Below, in pieces: positions 1 to 8,534 of a DNA stretch of 40,089 nucleotides; position 1 is the first letter of the stretch; each line of letters begins with the position of its first letter. The stretch spans positions 1 to 40,089 of the forward strand of contig DRBZ01000003.1 in assembly GCA_011043895.1 (NCBI GenBank). The letters run 5' to 3'. Both the position numbers and the translations under genes were made by a program. The notes below the pieces were generated by a model. That model had not been told where the DNA came from. It saw only the letters and a program-made list of their open reading frames with translations, and searched no databases. The stretch is from Candidatus Cloacimonadota bacterium. Lineage in GTDB: Bacteria; Cloacimonadota; Cloacimonadia; JGIOTU-2.

Positions 1-2
1 TA

Positions 3-125
3 TCTGGTATTGATAACTATGGCTATGGGTTGGTGTGGGGAATGAAAGATCTTGAAAATTGTTATACCTTTGATATTTCAGATAATGGGTATTATCGGTT
101 TGGTAAATTCGACAATGATGAGTAG
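3..125 (+). pseudogene. 5' part (window-truncated) of a concanavalin/LamG-like beta-sandwich segment, ending at in-frame TAG 123-125; same frame as the TPR ORF downstream
   Basis: Frame 3 is open from base 3: SGIDNYGYGLVWGMKDLENCYTFDISDNGYYRFGKFDNDE then TAG. The same frame continues SNLIDWTSSDLLRSGNATNTLTIDKIGTYYHFYINGEW... into ORF 159..1181. Confidence 0.45.
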
Positions 126-158
126 TCCAACCTTATTGACTGGACATCATCTGACCTT

Positions 159-1181
159 TTGCGCTCTGGAAATGCAACTAATACTCTCACTATTGATAAA
201 ATCGGAACATATTATCATTTCTATATCAATGGAGAGTGGCAGGATTCTTTTGAGTTCGAACCATTCTTTGGTAATCGGATAGGATTTGTAATCTGGAGAA
301 ACCAATTCATAAAAATTGATGAGCTTGTAGTTAAACAGGAGGGTTTTGAATCATCATCAATTCTCAATCAGGCGAGAGATCTTCTTGCCTTTGTCACAGT
401 TGAAGAACCGGATTATATGAGTACTTATCAGTATCTAGCTGATTCCTATTGGGAGCGAGCAGAGGAATCACAAGTAGATAGTAACCATGTTGAAACGATC
501 AATCTTTACCAGAGGTCAGCAAAAGCTGAAGTGTTAAGCGAATCACCCAGATTACCTTATATTGCAGATGCCCTTGCCCGGGCAGCAAAATCAATGAATA
601 AACTTGGTAAAGAAACAGACGAGTGGAGCTATTACCTGTCTGCGCAGGATTATTGGGAAGTAGTCCTTGAAATTGATGAAACCCTTGGAGACCATGAACA
701 CGTTGTGACAGATTTGATTAATATTGGTGTTACCTACAATAATATTAATGAATATGATACCGCGATAAAGTATTATAAAAGAGCGCTTGCGAAAGCGGAA
801 GAGATTAATGACGATCTCGGTATTTTTGAAGTCTATGATCATATCGGATGGACTTTTGAGAATGCCAGCAAGTTTGAAGATGCAATTGCATCTTATCAAG
901 AAGCAGTCGATTATGCAGAATCAATAGACAATATAGAAGAAATGATGCTCTTCTGGGAGCTTATTGCCACAGTATATGATTTATGTACTTTTGAAACAGA
1001 AAAGGCGATTTTATATTATGAAAAAGCTGTGACTGCTGCTGACCAGTTAGGAAATATAGATGATAAACAACGTTACCTGTACTATATCGGTGATTCTTAC
1101 TATCTTCTTGGTGAAGAAGAAATTGCAGAAAAGTATTGGAATGAGGCAGATAAAATATCTCTGGATGAAGGAGATAAGTAA
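159..1181 (+). CDS. TPR-repeat protein (distal part of a lectin-like/TPR gene interrupted by TAG at 123-125)
   Basis: 340-aa ORF. The N-terminus finishes a lectin-like fold (FYINGEW, GNRIGFVIW). The rest is repeated 34-residue A/Y/W-rich helical units (YQRSAKA, AIKYYKRALAKAEE, AIASYQEAVDYAE, AILYYEKAVTAAD, AEKYWNEA). TAA stop followed by a terminator. Confidence 0.6.
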   Translation: MRSGNATNTLTIDKIGTYYHFYINGEWQDSFEFEPFFGNRIGFVIWRNQFIKIDELVVKQEGFESSSILNQARDLLAFVTVEEPDYMSTYQYLADSYWERAEESQVDSNHVETINLYQRSAKAEVLSESPRLPYIADALARAAKSMNKLGKETDEWSYYLSAQDYWEVVLEIDETLGDHEHVVTDLINIGVTYNNINEYDTAIKYYKRALAKAEEINDDLGIFEVYDHIGWTFENASKFEDAIASYQEAVDYAESIDNIEEMMLFWELIATVYDLCTFETEKAILYYEKAVTAADQLGNIDDKQRYLYYIGDSYYLLGEEEIAEKYWNEADKISLDEGDK

Positions 1182-1204
1182 TTCAGTGAATGTTTTATGT
1201 TAAC

Positions 1205-1233
1205 GAGCCCTTATTATCGAAGGGCTCTTTTTT
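1205..1233 (+). terminator. Rho-independent terminator between convergent genes
   Basis: GAGCCCTT-ATTATCG-AAGGGCTC (8-bp stem, 7-nt loop) followed by TTTTTT. The T-run abuts the stop of the minus-strand GGDEF gene. Confidence 0.7.
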
Positions 1234-2209
1234 ATACGCCCTGCTGATAGACTTGATTCCTGCCATGCTCCTTGGCATAGTAGAGCAATTTATCTACACG
1301 AGAAATAATTTCTTTTGGAGATGTATCTGGATTATTTACTACGATCACTCCTGCACTGAAAGTGACAGAAATCGGTTTATCTTTGTAAAGAAATTCATGA
1401 TGTTCACATAATGATCTCAAGCGTTCGGTCATCTCATATGCTTTTTTTGCATTGGATGTTGGAAGTATGATGATAAATTCTTCTCCACCATATCTGCAGG
1501 GAATATCGACATTCTGCCGTATTGTACTGCGTATAAGGTATGATAGTTCCAGCAGTACCTGATCCCCAAACAAATGACCATAGGTATCATTCAATCGCTT
1601 GAAATGATCGATATCCAGCATTGCAACAGCAAATTCACCCCCGTATCTTTTAATTCTGGCAATCTCATGTTCAAGATGAAAATTCATCTGTCTGCGGATG
1701 TAGAGACCGGTAAGAGAATCAAACATGGCAAGACGTGCCGAGAGGGTATATTCGAGAGATACTGCAATGATCGTTGTAAGAATAATGAGGGAACGAAGCT
1801 CAATATATTCCGGCTTCTGATGATCATGTACATGAAGAACAAGGAGACCAAGGGTATTATTACCAGCACCTATTAATGGGAGGTATATGATATCTCCCTT
1901 TTCCTTTTTGATCATTTCCGGGCGCTTGATGGTTATTACATTCTCAAGATTTGCTTTCTTGAGAGATATCTTCGTTTTTGGTTGTGTGATAATGCCGTTA
2001 TCCAGCAATCCAAGCAAGATTACGGTGTTCGGATCTTCTTCGTCGAGGGTAAGAAATTCCACTTTTTTGCTATGCCCAAAATCAGAAAGAATATCAACGG
2101 AATTTTCTACCAGTCGATCCAGATCTTTTTCCGAGGCAAGTAACCGGGTTGCGTAACTCAACGTCTGGAACATAATATCAGCTTCGGATAAGGAATTTGC
2201 TCTGTTCAT
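1232..2209 (-). CDS. Diguanylate cyclase, GAF-like sensor + GGDEF domain
   Basis: 325 aa. C-terminal GGDEF domain with an intact RYGGEEFIIILP motif and FDSLTGLYIRR, DIDHFKRLND. About 150-aa N-terminal GAF-like region. Confidence 0.85.
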   Translation of the reverse strand: MNRANSLSEADIMFQTLSYATRLLASEKDLDRLVENSVDILSDFGHSKKVEFLTLDEEDPNTVILLGLLDNGIITQPKTKISLKKANLENVITIKRPEMIKKEKGDIIYLPLIGAGNNTLGLLVLHVHDHQKPEYIELRSLIILTTIIAVSLEYTLSARLAMFDSLTGLYIRRQMNFHLEHEIARIKRYGGEFAVAMLDIDHFKRLNDTYGHLFGDQVLLELSYLIRSTIRQNVDIPCRYGGEEFIIILPTSNAKKAYEMTERLRSLCEHHEFLYKDKPISVTFSAGVIVVNNPDTSPKEIISRVDKLLYYAKEHGRNQVYQQGV

Positions 2210-2271
2210 AATTTATAATTGATGTTTTTATGATGGGTAAGAGGAAGGTCAATATTTTTGGAATCTGTTTT

Positions 2272-3099
2272 TTACTGACGATTACTTATAGAGCACCTTT
2301 TGATACTTACTGCAACGAGATAACCAAAACCGCTGAAAAGGATTATAGTAGCGCCTGTAGGGATATTTGCGAAAAATGAAATTGCAATTCCACCGAGTGT
2401 AAAGATTAAACTAAGGATAATTGCCAGAAATATCATACCGGCTATCGATCTTGTATAAAGTCCTGAAATTGCTGCAGGAAGACTCAATAATGCGATCACG
2501 AGAATAATACCAACGATCTGGATCAATACGACAATAGTACACGCAATGATTATAAGAAGTAAAATGTAGAGAGAATTAACTGGCAGTCCCCTTAATCGTG
2601 CTTGTTCCTCATCATATGTGATAGCTATGAACTGTCTGTATAAAAGAACTATAAGACCAATTATAACAACATTCAATCCTGCAAGAATTAATAGATTCGT
2701 TTTTGTGACCATAAGGATATTTCCAAAGAGATAGGATAGAAGGTCAACACTATATCCCGGGGTCATGTACATGAAAATTACACCAATAGCCATACCTATT
2801 GCCCATAAGGCACTTATAACTGTATTCTCATGATTTCGTGCTTTTATCTTTACCCAACCGATAATGAAAGCTGAGAGTATTGCAAAACCAAAGGCACCAA
2901 GCATCGGAGAGAAGTTAAAATAATATGCAAGCCCCACGCCACCCAATACAGCATGGGCGATACCGCCGCTTATGAATGTTATTCGTTTTACCACAACAAA
3001 GGTACCTGTAATACCACAGGCAATACTTGCCATAACTGCTGCGATAATAGCATTGTTTAGAAAGGCATAGGAGCTGAGTTGGGACAAAAGAGCACTCAT
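2272..3099 (-). CDS. znuB: Metal (Zn/Mn) ABC transporter permease, ABC-3 family
   Basis: 275-aa polytopic membrane protein of ZnuB/MntB/TroC type, 1 nt downstream of the ATPase gene in a zur-led operon. Confidence 0.8.
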   Translation of the reverse strand: MSALLSQLSSYAFLNNAIIAAVMASIACGITGTFVVVKRITFISGGIAHAVLGGVGLAYYFNFSPMLGAFGFAILSAFIIGWVKIKARNHENTVISALWAIGMAIGVIFMYMTPGYSVDLLSYLFGNILMVTKTNLLILAGLNVVIIGLIVLLYRQFIAITYDEEQARLRGLPVNSLYILLLIIIACTIVVLIQIVGIILVIALLSLPAAISGLYTRSIAGMIFLAIILSLIFTLGGIAISFFANIPTGATIILFSGFGYLVAVSIKRCSISNRQ

Positions 3100-3100
3100 G

Positions 3101-3856
3101 TTACAAATGGCAATGATGCTTCAAATACTTAATGTTTCGGTCATATACATCAAATAAAGATTCTCTTGGGAATTCATCAACACTATGAATAGCTGCAAAC
3201 CTGTTCAGGCAGCAGATTTTGTTGATATAAGAAGAAATGAAGCTGATGTCATGGGATACTAGGATGATCGTGATGTTATCGTTCAATCTTTTAAGAAGCT
3301 CATAAATATCCTTCTCGATCGTGATGTCGATGCTGGCAGTGGGCTCGTCGAGAATGAGGATCTCAGGTTCGCTTGCAAGGGCGCGAGCAAGAAGTGCCCG
3401 TTGCCTCTGTCCACCAGAGAGTTCCGAAAATTTCCTTTGCGCAAGTGATTCTATCTCCATCATCTCAAGTAGTTCATGGGCTTTCTTTACTTCATCCTTT
3501 CCAAACCAAGGCATCAAAGAACCCGAATGAAGCATATTCATCTTGACTGTATCGAGAACATTCAGTGGATAATCCAGATCAAAAAATGTATATTGAGGGA
3601 CATATCCAAGGTGTGTACGTGCGATCTTTGGATTCTTACCCAAAACTTTGATAGTTCCTCTATCAGGTTCAAGGAAACCCAGGATTAATTTGACCAGCGT
3701 GGTTTTTCCTGCTCCATTTGGACCGATAAATGCAATAAAATCGTTTCGCTGGATATCAAATGTGATATTCTCAAGAACAGGTTGTTTGTCGAAAGAGAAG
3801 GTCACATCTTTGATCTGAATGACAGGTTGCGTTCGTTTATTTTTTATCGAGTACAC
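3101..3856 (-). CDS. znuC: Metal ABC transporter ATP-binding protein
   Basis: Walker A GPNGAGKTT, signature LSGGQRQR, Walker B ILILDEP, H-loop VSHD. 20-nt overlap with the upstream SBP gene. Confidence 0.85.
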   Translation of the reverse strand: MYSIKNKRTQPVIQIKDVTFSFDKQPVLENITFDIQRNDFIAFIGPNGAGKTTLVKLILGFLEPDRGTIKVLGKNPKIARTHLGYVPQYTFFDLDYPLNVLDTVKMNMLHSGSLMPWFGKDEVKKAHELLEMMEIESLAQRKFSELSGGQRQRALLARALASEPEILILDEPTASIDITIEKDIYELLKRLNDNITIILVSHDISFISSYINKICCLNRFAAIHSVDEFPRESLFDVYDRNIKYLKHHCHL

Positions 3857-4709
3857 TTTTGAAAATCCTTACGATTTCATGCATATTTTTGAGATAGTTT
3901 TCTGCAAGTGGATCTATCTGTATGATCTGTCCATCAATAGCATCTGCAATCGCTTTTGCTGCAGCAGAGCTGAACTGTTTTTGTACAAATACCACATCTA
4001 TCTGCTCCTTTTTTACGATTTCAAGAATATGTGTCATCTGTTTTGGGGATGGGGACTTCCCTTCAATTTCAATAGGTATCTGTTTCAATTCGAATTCATC
4101 AGCAAAATAGCCCCATGATGGATGGAACACAAGAAAAGATCTTGTATCCAATGAATCTAACTGAGTCTGTATGTCCTTCTGAAGTGAATCAAGCGCTACC
4201 ATGAACTTCAGCAGATTCTGCTCGTAGAATTCTCGATTATTAGGATCATATTTTTGGAGTGCATTACATATTGTTCTCGACTGAATTTTTACCAGCTTGG
4301 GGCTTAGCCAGATGTGTGGATCCTTTTGCCTAGAATGCTCGTGATGTTTATCAAAGGAATCCATGTTGCGCAGAGTGATTCCCTCTCTTGTATCTATAAT
4401 TTCTAGATCCGGATTGATCGACTGAAGTTTTTTTAGCCATGCATCTTCAAAAGGTAGACCAATCCGAAAAAAAATATCTGCTCGAGAGATCTCTTTCATT
4501 TGCGAAGGAGTAGATTCAAATATCACTGGGCTGTGCCCGGGAAGAATCATGACATGTATCGAAACGTTATCTTTTGCTATCTGTTCTACAAAAAATTTCT
4601 GGGGCAGTATGCTGACAAAAACATTGAGTTTTTCCGTATCCTGATGGTGAGGTGAACAGGAAGTTACAGATAATACTACTAGCAATATCATATGTACGGC
4701 TCTCATCAT
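3837..4709 (-). CDS. znuA: Metal ABC transporter substrate-binding lipoprotein (ZnuA/TroA cluster)
   Basis: Signal/lipobox LLVVLSVTSC, DPHIWLSP motif, His-rich HHEHSRQKDPH. I chose the ATG at 4709, which forms an ATGA overlap with the zur stop; the ORF track extends to 4730. Confidence 0.8.
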   Translation of the reverse strand: MMRAVHMILLVVLSVTSCSPHHQDTEKLNVFVSILPQKFFVEQIAKDNVSIHVMILPGHSPVIFESTPSQMKEISRADIFFRIGLPFEDAWLKKLQSINPDLEIIDTREGITLRNMDSFDKHHEHSRQKDPHIWLSPKLVKIQSRTICNALQKYDPNNREFYEQNLLKFMVALDSLQKDIQTQLDSLDTRSFLVFHPSWGYFADEFELKQIPIEIEGKSPSPKQMTHILEIVKKEQIDVVFVQKQFSSAAAKAIADAIDGQIIQIDPLAENYLKNMHEIVRIFKSVLDKK

Positions 4710-5128
4710 GACTCCAGACACTCCTTGCATAATCCTTCGATTTGAAGAACATGGGTTTCTGCTAAAGAGTCCAGTTGGTCAGCAACGAGTTGTTTAATGT
4801 TGTCAAAATCACAGTATGTCAGACATGAAACCTTATGACATTTCCTGCATATAAAATGATGATGTTTTTCAACACAATCACAAAGATAATAATAAAGTTG
4901 GTTATCATCCTGTTGAATTGAGGTAACAATACCGATGTTCTGAAATTGCTGAAGTATACGATATACCGTTGGGAGGCCTATTTTGAGGAATTTTTCTTTT
5001 AAAAGTACATGTAATTTCTGAGGAGATATATATGCAGATTCTTCGGACAGGATTCGCAGTACCTCCAAGCGTTTCGGAGTTCTTTTGAGTCCATGTTTTT
5101 GTAATGTTTCAATATATTTGTTAATCAT
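4706..5128 (-). CDS. zur: Fur-family metalloregulator, probably Zur
   Basis: LKRTPKRLEVL winged helix, HHHFICRKCHKV and CKEC metal-site motifs. First gene of the znu operon. I chose ATG 5128, preceded by AAAGGA; the ORF track extends to 5161. Ends with TGA. Confidence 0.75.
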   Translation of the reverse strand: MINKYIETLQKHGLKRTPKRLEVLRILSEESAYISPQKLHVLLKEKFLKIGLPTVYRILQQFQNIGIVTSIQQDDNQLYYYLCDCVEKHHHFICRKCHKVSCLTYCDFDNIKQLVADQLDSLAETHVLQIEGLCKECLES

Positions 5129-5212
5129 GCTAAATCCTTTATAAACGAAAACCATTTTCATTTAGATATTTTGTCAACATTATTATCCCCTGTTTACATA
5201 CCCCAGAATTAA

Positions 5213-5476
5213 TTAGAAGCATGACGCTTTTTGATAATGACACGAAATATAACCAGACGAGAAGCAAAAAAAGGATAGAATGATAATAGCGCAAAATGCT
5301 GTGACACCGAGGTTCTTTATCGCGTCGAAGTAAAACGAAGACTGATCGAAGTGCAACAACTTATCCGATAGATCCCTCTCCGCTAGCCGGAGGATCAGGG
5401 TGACAAAAGCAAGGATGGATAAAAAATAGTAGATTTGTAAAAAGCAATTTTCCACTCCAAGAATCCTGCAAACCAT
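5213..5476 (-). CDS. Hypothetical small membrane protein (2 predicted TM segments)
   Basis: 87-aa ORF in otherwise empty intergenic space. Two hydrophobic stretches, no recognisable motif, no clear RBS. Confidence 0.25.
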   Translation of the reverse strand: MVCRILGVENCFLQIYYFLSILAFVTLILRLAERDLSDKLLHFDQSSFYFDAIKNLGVTAFCAIIILSFFCFSSGYISCHYQKASCF

Positions 5477-5587
5477 CTATTCATAGTACTTCTCGGGATT
5501 TATCTCCAAATTTTTGGGAGTATCCCTGTATTACCTCTTGACAAATAATGATTCTCTTTTAAGAAAATTCCTAAAAACGGAGTGTGT

Positions 5588-6489
5588 ATGCAACCGCGTT
5601 TAATAGTACATGGTGGTGCGTGGAGTATTCCTGATGAGCGGGACGACACACACATCAAAGGAGTGAGTAGAGCTATTTCTGAAGTATATCCGCTTCTCAA
5701 GAAAGGGTTGTCAGCAGTGGATGCTGTAGAAAAAGCAGTTTGTGTTATGGAGGAAGACCCGATCTTTGACGCAGGACGCGGATCTGTATTGAATATAGAT
5801 GGTGAGATCGAGATGGACGCATCCATTATGGACGGGAAAAATCTTGCTTTTGGTGCGGTGGCTGCACTCCAAAATATTCTTCATCCTATAAAAGTCGCTA
5901 AGCTTGTCATGACCGAAACAGAGCACTGTCTGCTTGTGGGCACTGGTGCTCAAAAATTTGCACAAGCTCATTTTATTCCTGAAGTCGCTCCCGAAGAATT
6001 ACTTACAGAGAGTGAATTGGAATTTTATAGAAAAGTAAAAGAAGAAAAGAATTATACCACAAAGATACCTTTTGAACCTTTTCCCGAAGGAACTGTTGGT
6101 GCAGTCGCTCTGGACATAGAAGGCAATCTTGCTGCAGCCACCTCGACAGGTGGTACTTCCCGAAAAATAGCAGGTAGAGTAGGAGACACGCCAATACTCG
6201 GTGCAGGCACTTTTGCAGATAACGAGTCTGGTGCTGCCTCAGCAACAGGTTGGGGTGAAGCCATTATGAAAAGTTTCCTTTCCAAAACTGCCTGTGAATG
6301 TTAGGAAAATATCCCGCAGAAAATGTAGCCAGGAGAGCACTTGAATATATGCACCGAAAAATCGGAGAGTATGCCGGACTCATCATGATTGATAAGAAAG
6401 GGAACTACTCTTTAGCACATATCACCAGGAAAATAGCGTATGCTTTTATAGATGATTCAGGTAAAATTGTCAGCGGAATACGTCTTTAA
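5588..6489 (+). pseudogene. iaaA: Isoaspartyl peptidase / L-asparaginase (Ntn hydrolase), single frameshift near 6296-6300
   Basis: IVHGGAW, DAGRGS, nucleophile context GTVGAVALD, GDTPILGAG and GWGEAIM lie in frame 2 up to TAG 6302-6304. The conserved C-terminus (LGKYPAENVARRALEYM...GLIMIDKKGN) continues in frame 1 from 6298. GGAG RBS lies before ATG 5588. Confidence 0.8.
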
Positions 6490-6501
6490 GTACATCATAA
6501 C

Positions 6502-6530
6502 TTGACATAATGATGCTCCTTTAGAGTAAT
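6502..6530 (+). promoter_or_regulatory. Sigma-70-like promoter for the REC-PAS gene
   Basis: TTGACA (6502-6507), 17-nt spacer, AGTAAT (6525-6530). GGAAGGGAGGA RBS before ATG 6556. Confidence 0.45.
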
Positions 6531-6555
6531 AAAAACCAAACGGAAGGGAGGAATA

Positions 6556-7794
6556 ATGGATAAATTGGACATATCGGTTTTATTTGCTGAAGATCAGATC
6601 CTTATTCTACAGTCCATGGCGAATATTTTAAAACGTCATGTGCGGGATGTGTATACAGCTACCAATGGTCAAGAGGGACTGGAACTCTACAAACAACATA
6701 AACCAGATATTCTTATCGTTGATATCCATATGCCTGTGATGAACGGATTGGAAATGGTGAGAATAATCAAGAGTATCGATCCCACTATACGTGTTATTCT
6801 ACTTTCGGCGTTTGATAATAAGGAATATCTTCTGGATGCTATCCGTATGCGAGTGAATGGATTTTTATCGAAACCAGTAAATTCTGAGAAGCTTATTGGA
6901 ATCATAACAGATATGTATGAAAATATCCAACTTAAGCAGAAAGTCAAAGAAGAAGAGGAGAAGAAGAATATTGCGCTTGACTTGCTCAGGGAAAGTGAAA
7001 GAAATTATAAAGCTCTCTATAAAATGCTGCGTCTGATGTGTGATAATGTACCAGATATGATATGGGCTAAGAATAAAAAGGGAGAATATCTTTTTGCCAA
7101 CAAAGCCATTTGTGATAAACTTCTCAATGCAAAAGATACAGAAGAACCCATTGGTAAAACTGATATGTTTTTTGCACAAAGAGAACGGGAGTCTCATTCA
7201 GAAAATCCAGAATGGCATACTTTTGACGAGATATGTGCAAACTCTGACGACGTAACACTAAAGGTTAATAGGTCGAAGCGATTCGAACAATTCGGCAATG
7301 TAAAGGGTGAGTTCATGATACTCGATGTCCACAAAGCACCATTTATTGATGATAAAGGCGAAGTGATAGGTACGGTTGGTTGTGGCAGGATTGTAACCGA
7401 AGAAAGAGAGTTGGAGAAAAAATATAAAAGGATTCTAAAGCAATATGAACCAGTTGCAGAAAATATTAGCGATATTATTACCCTTCATGATGTTGATGAT
7501 GAATTAACACTGCTTTATTGTACTCCGTCTCTTGAGAAATTCATCGGCTGGGAGCTTAAAGATGTACTTAATAAAAGCGCTTTGCTTCATGCTTATCCAG
7601 AGGATGTGAAAAAATTAAAAGTAGTTGCAGCCAAAGTCTCGAAAGGTGAGATAGCAAAAGAGCAATGGCGAGTATTTTGCAAAGATGGATCCTATAAAAA
7701 ATTAGAAACGGTGTTCAATCCCATAAAAGATCAGAAAGGGCTTATCAAAAATGTTCTTTGTTCATCAAGGGTTATTTCAGATGAGAAAAAATAA
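6556..7794 (+). CDS. Response regulator: receiver domain + two PAS domains, no recognisable output domain
   Basis: REC motifs (AEDQ, phospho-acceptor context ILIVDIHMPVMNG, LSAF, SKP), a coiled linker, then two PAS-like modules (DMIWAKNKKGEYLFAN...; DIITLHDVDDELTLLYCTPS...). Confidence 0.8.
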   Translation: MDKLDISVLFAEDQILILQSMANILKRHVRDVYTATNGQEGLELYKQHKPDILIVDIHMPVMNGLEMVRIIKSIDPTIRVILLSAFDNKEYLLDAIRMRVNGFLSKPVNSEKLIGIITDMYENIQLKQKVKEEEEKKNIALDLLRESERNYKALYKMLRLMCDNVPDMIWAKNKKGEYLFANKAICDKLLNAKDTEEPIGKTDMFFAQRERESHSENPEWHTFDEICANSDDVTLKVNRSKRFEQFGNVKGEFMILDVHKAPFIDDKGEVIGTVGCGRIVTEERELEKKYKRILKQYEPVAENISDIITLHDVDDELTLLYCTPSLEKFIGWELKDVLNKSALLHAYPEDVKKLKVVAAKVSKGEIAKEQWRVFCKDGSYKKLETVFNPIKDQKGLIKNVLCSSRVISDEKK

Positions 7795-7839
7795 TAAGCC
7801 CGTTAATGATTATATCACCGGGCAATAATAAAGTTGAAT

Positions 7840-8240
7840 TTACAGCTTCTCGATTATCTCAAGATATTTTTCAAGAGGTTGATCCCCGATTAGTTCATGT
7901 TCTTCGTTTATAACTATTTTGGGAACTGAACTGACATTATATTTGATTGTTTCTGCAGTAAATGTGGATGACGCGACCATATCAGCAGTGACCTTATCAT
8001 TCAGATATGCAAGCTTATGCGAGTTTGAAACGGCACCAGGACAATGAGGACAGGAAAGGCTTATGAATACTTTGATATGTACCTCTTTGGTGATTTTCTT
8101 TATACGCTCCATCAAGATTACCCATCATATCCTGCATGTTTCCTGATACTTCAAGTAAGGCTGAAATGAAGGAATTGATCTCATAGCCACCGGGAAGTCC
8201 ATAAAATTTGATACCATAGTCTTTTCCACATATTTGAATC
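7840..8240 (-). pseudogene. AhpF-N-terminal-domain-like / glutaredoxin-like (double thioredoxin fold) gene, 5'-truncated and frameshifted; the last 91 codons (7840..8115) remain open
   Basis: Frame A: GKDYGIKFYGLPGGYEINSFISALLEVSGN (compare E. coli AhpF [21 protein letters not shown]). A 1-nt frame change occurs near 8113-8118. Then MERIKKITKEVHIKVFISLSCPHCPGAV...VPKIVIN (compare AhpF YYSLSCHNCP...VPAVFVN). Confidence 0.6.
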
Positions 8241-8443
8241 CCATATAATTCTCTACAGAAGCCGTATTGATGACCATGCCGCCCAGAAGTGTTCCAATCA
8301 GACCGGCTGAAAGCCCTTTTCACATAGTATAGACCGCTGCACTAAGCCCTGCAGGACATGAGTACATCATACAGCACGGTTGAATCAAGATCCACCGCTC
8401 TGCTATGTTACAGCATTTTTGAACTATTAATATTAAAATCCAT
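8241..8443 (-). pseudogene. Thioredoxin-reductase / AhpF-FAD-domain-like 5' fragment, multiply disrupted
   Basis: ATG 8443, in-frame TAA 8408-8410, ...STVLYDVL, then a short deletion removing the GxGxxG glycines. Next PAGLSAAVYTM-TGA(8320-8322)-KGLSAGLIGTLLGGMVINTASVENYMGF (compare AhpF [36 protein letters not shown]..IENY). The rest of the enzyme is absent. Confidence 0.55.
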
Positions 8444-8534
8444 ATTCTTCTTTTCTATAAACATACTTAGCATGTATGATAATTATAGATGGTATAGTTG
8501 GCGATTTGCGAATGTTAAAATAACTTGGAGGAAT

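Noticed and set aside
5129-5215. Zur/Fur box upstream of the zur-znu operon
   Set aside because: Only weak dyads are present (GAAAA-TGG-TTTTC; GATA...TATC). Nothing resembles a known Fur or Zur consensus well enough to annotate.
6290-6305. Programmed -1 ribosomal frameshift in iaaA
   Set aside because: No slippery X-XXY-YYZ heptamer and no obvious downstream stimulatory structure. A one-base deletion restores the family-typical sequence.
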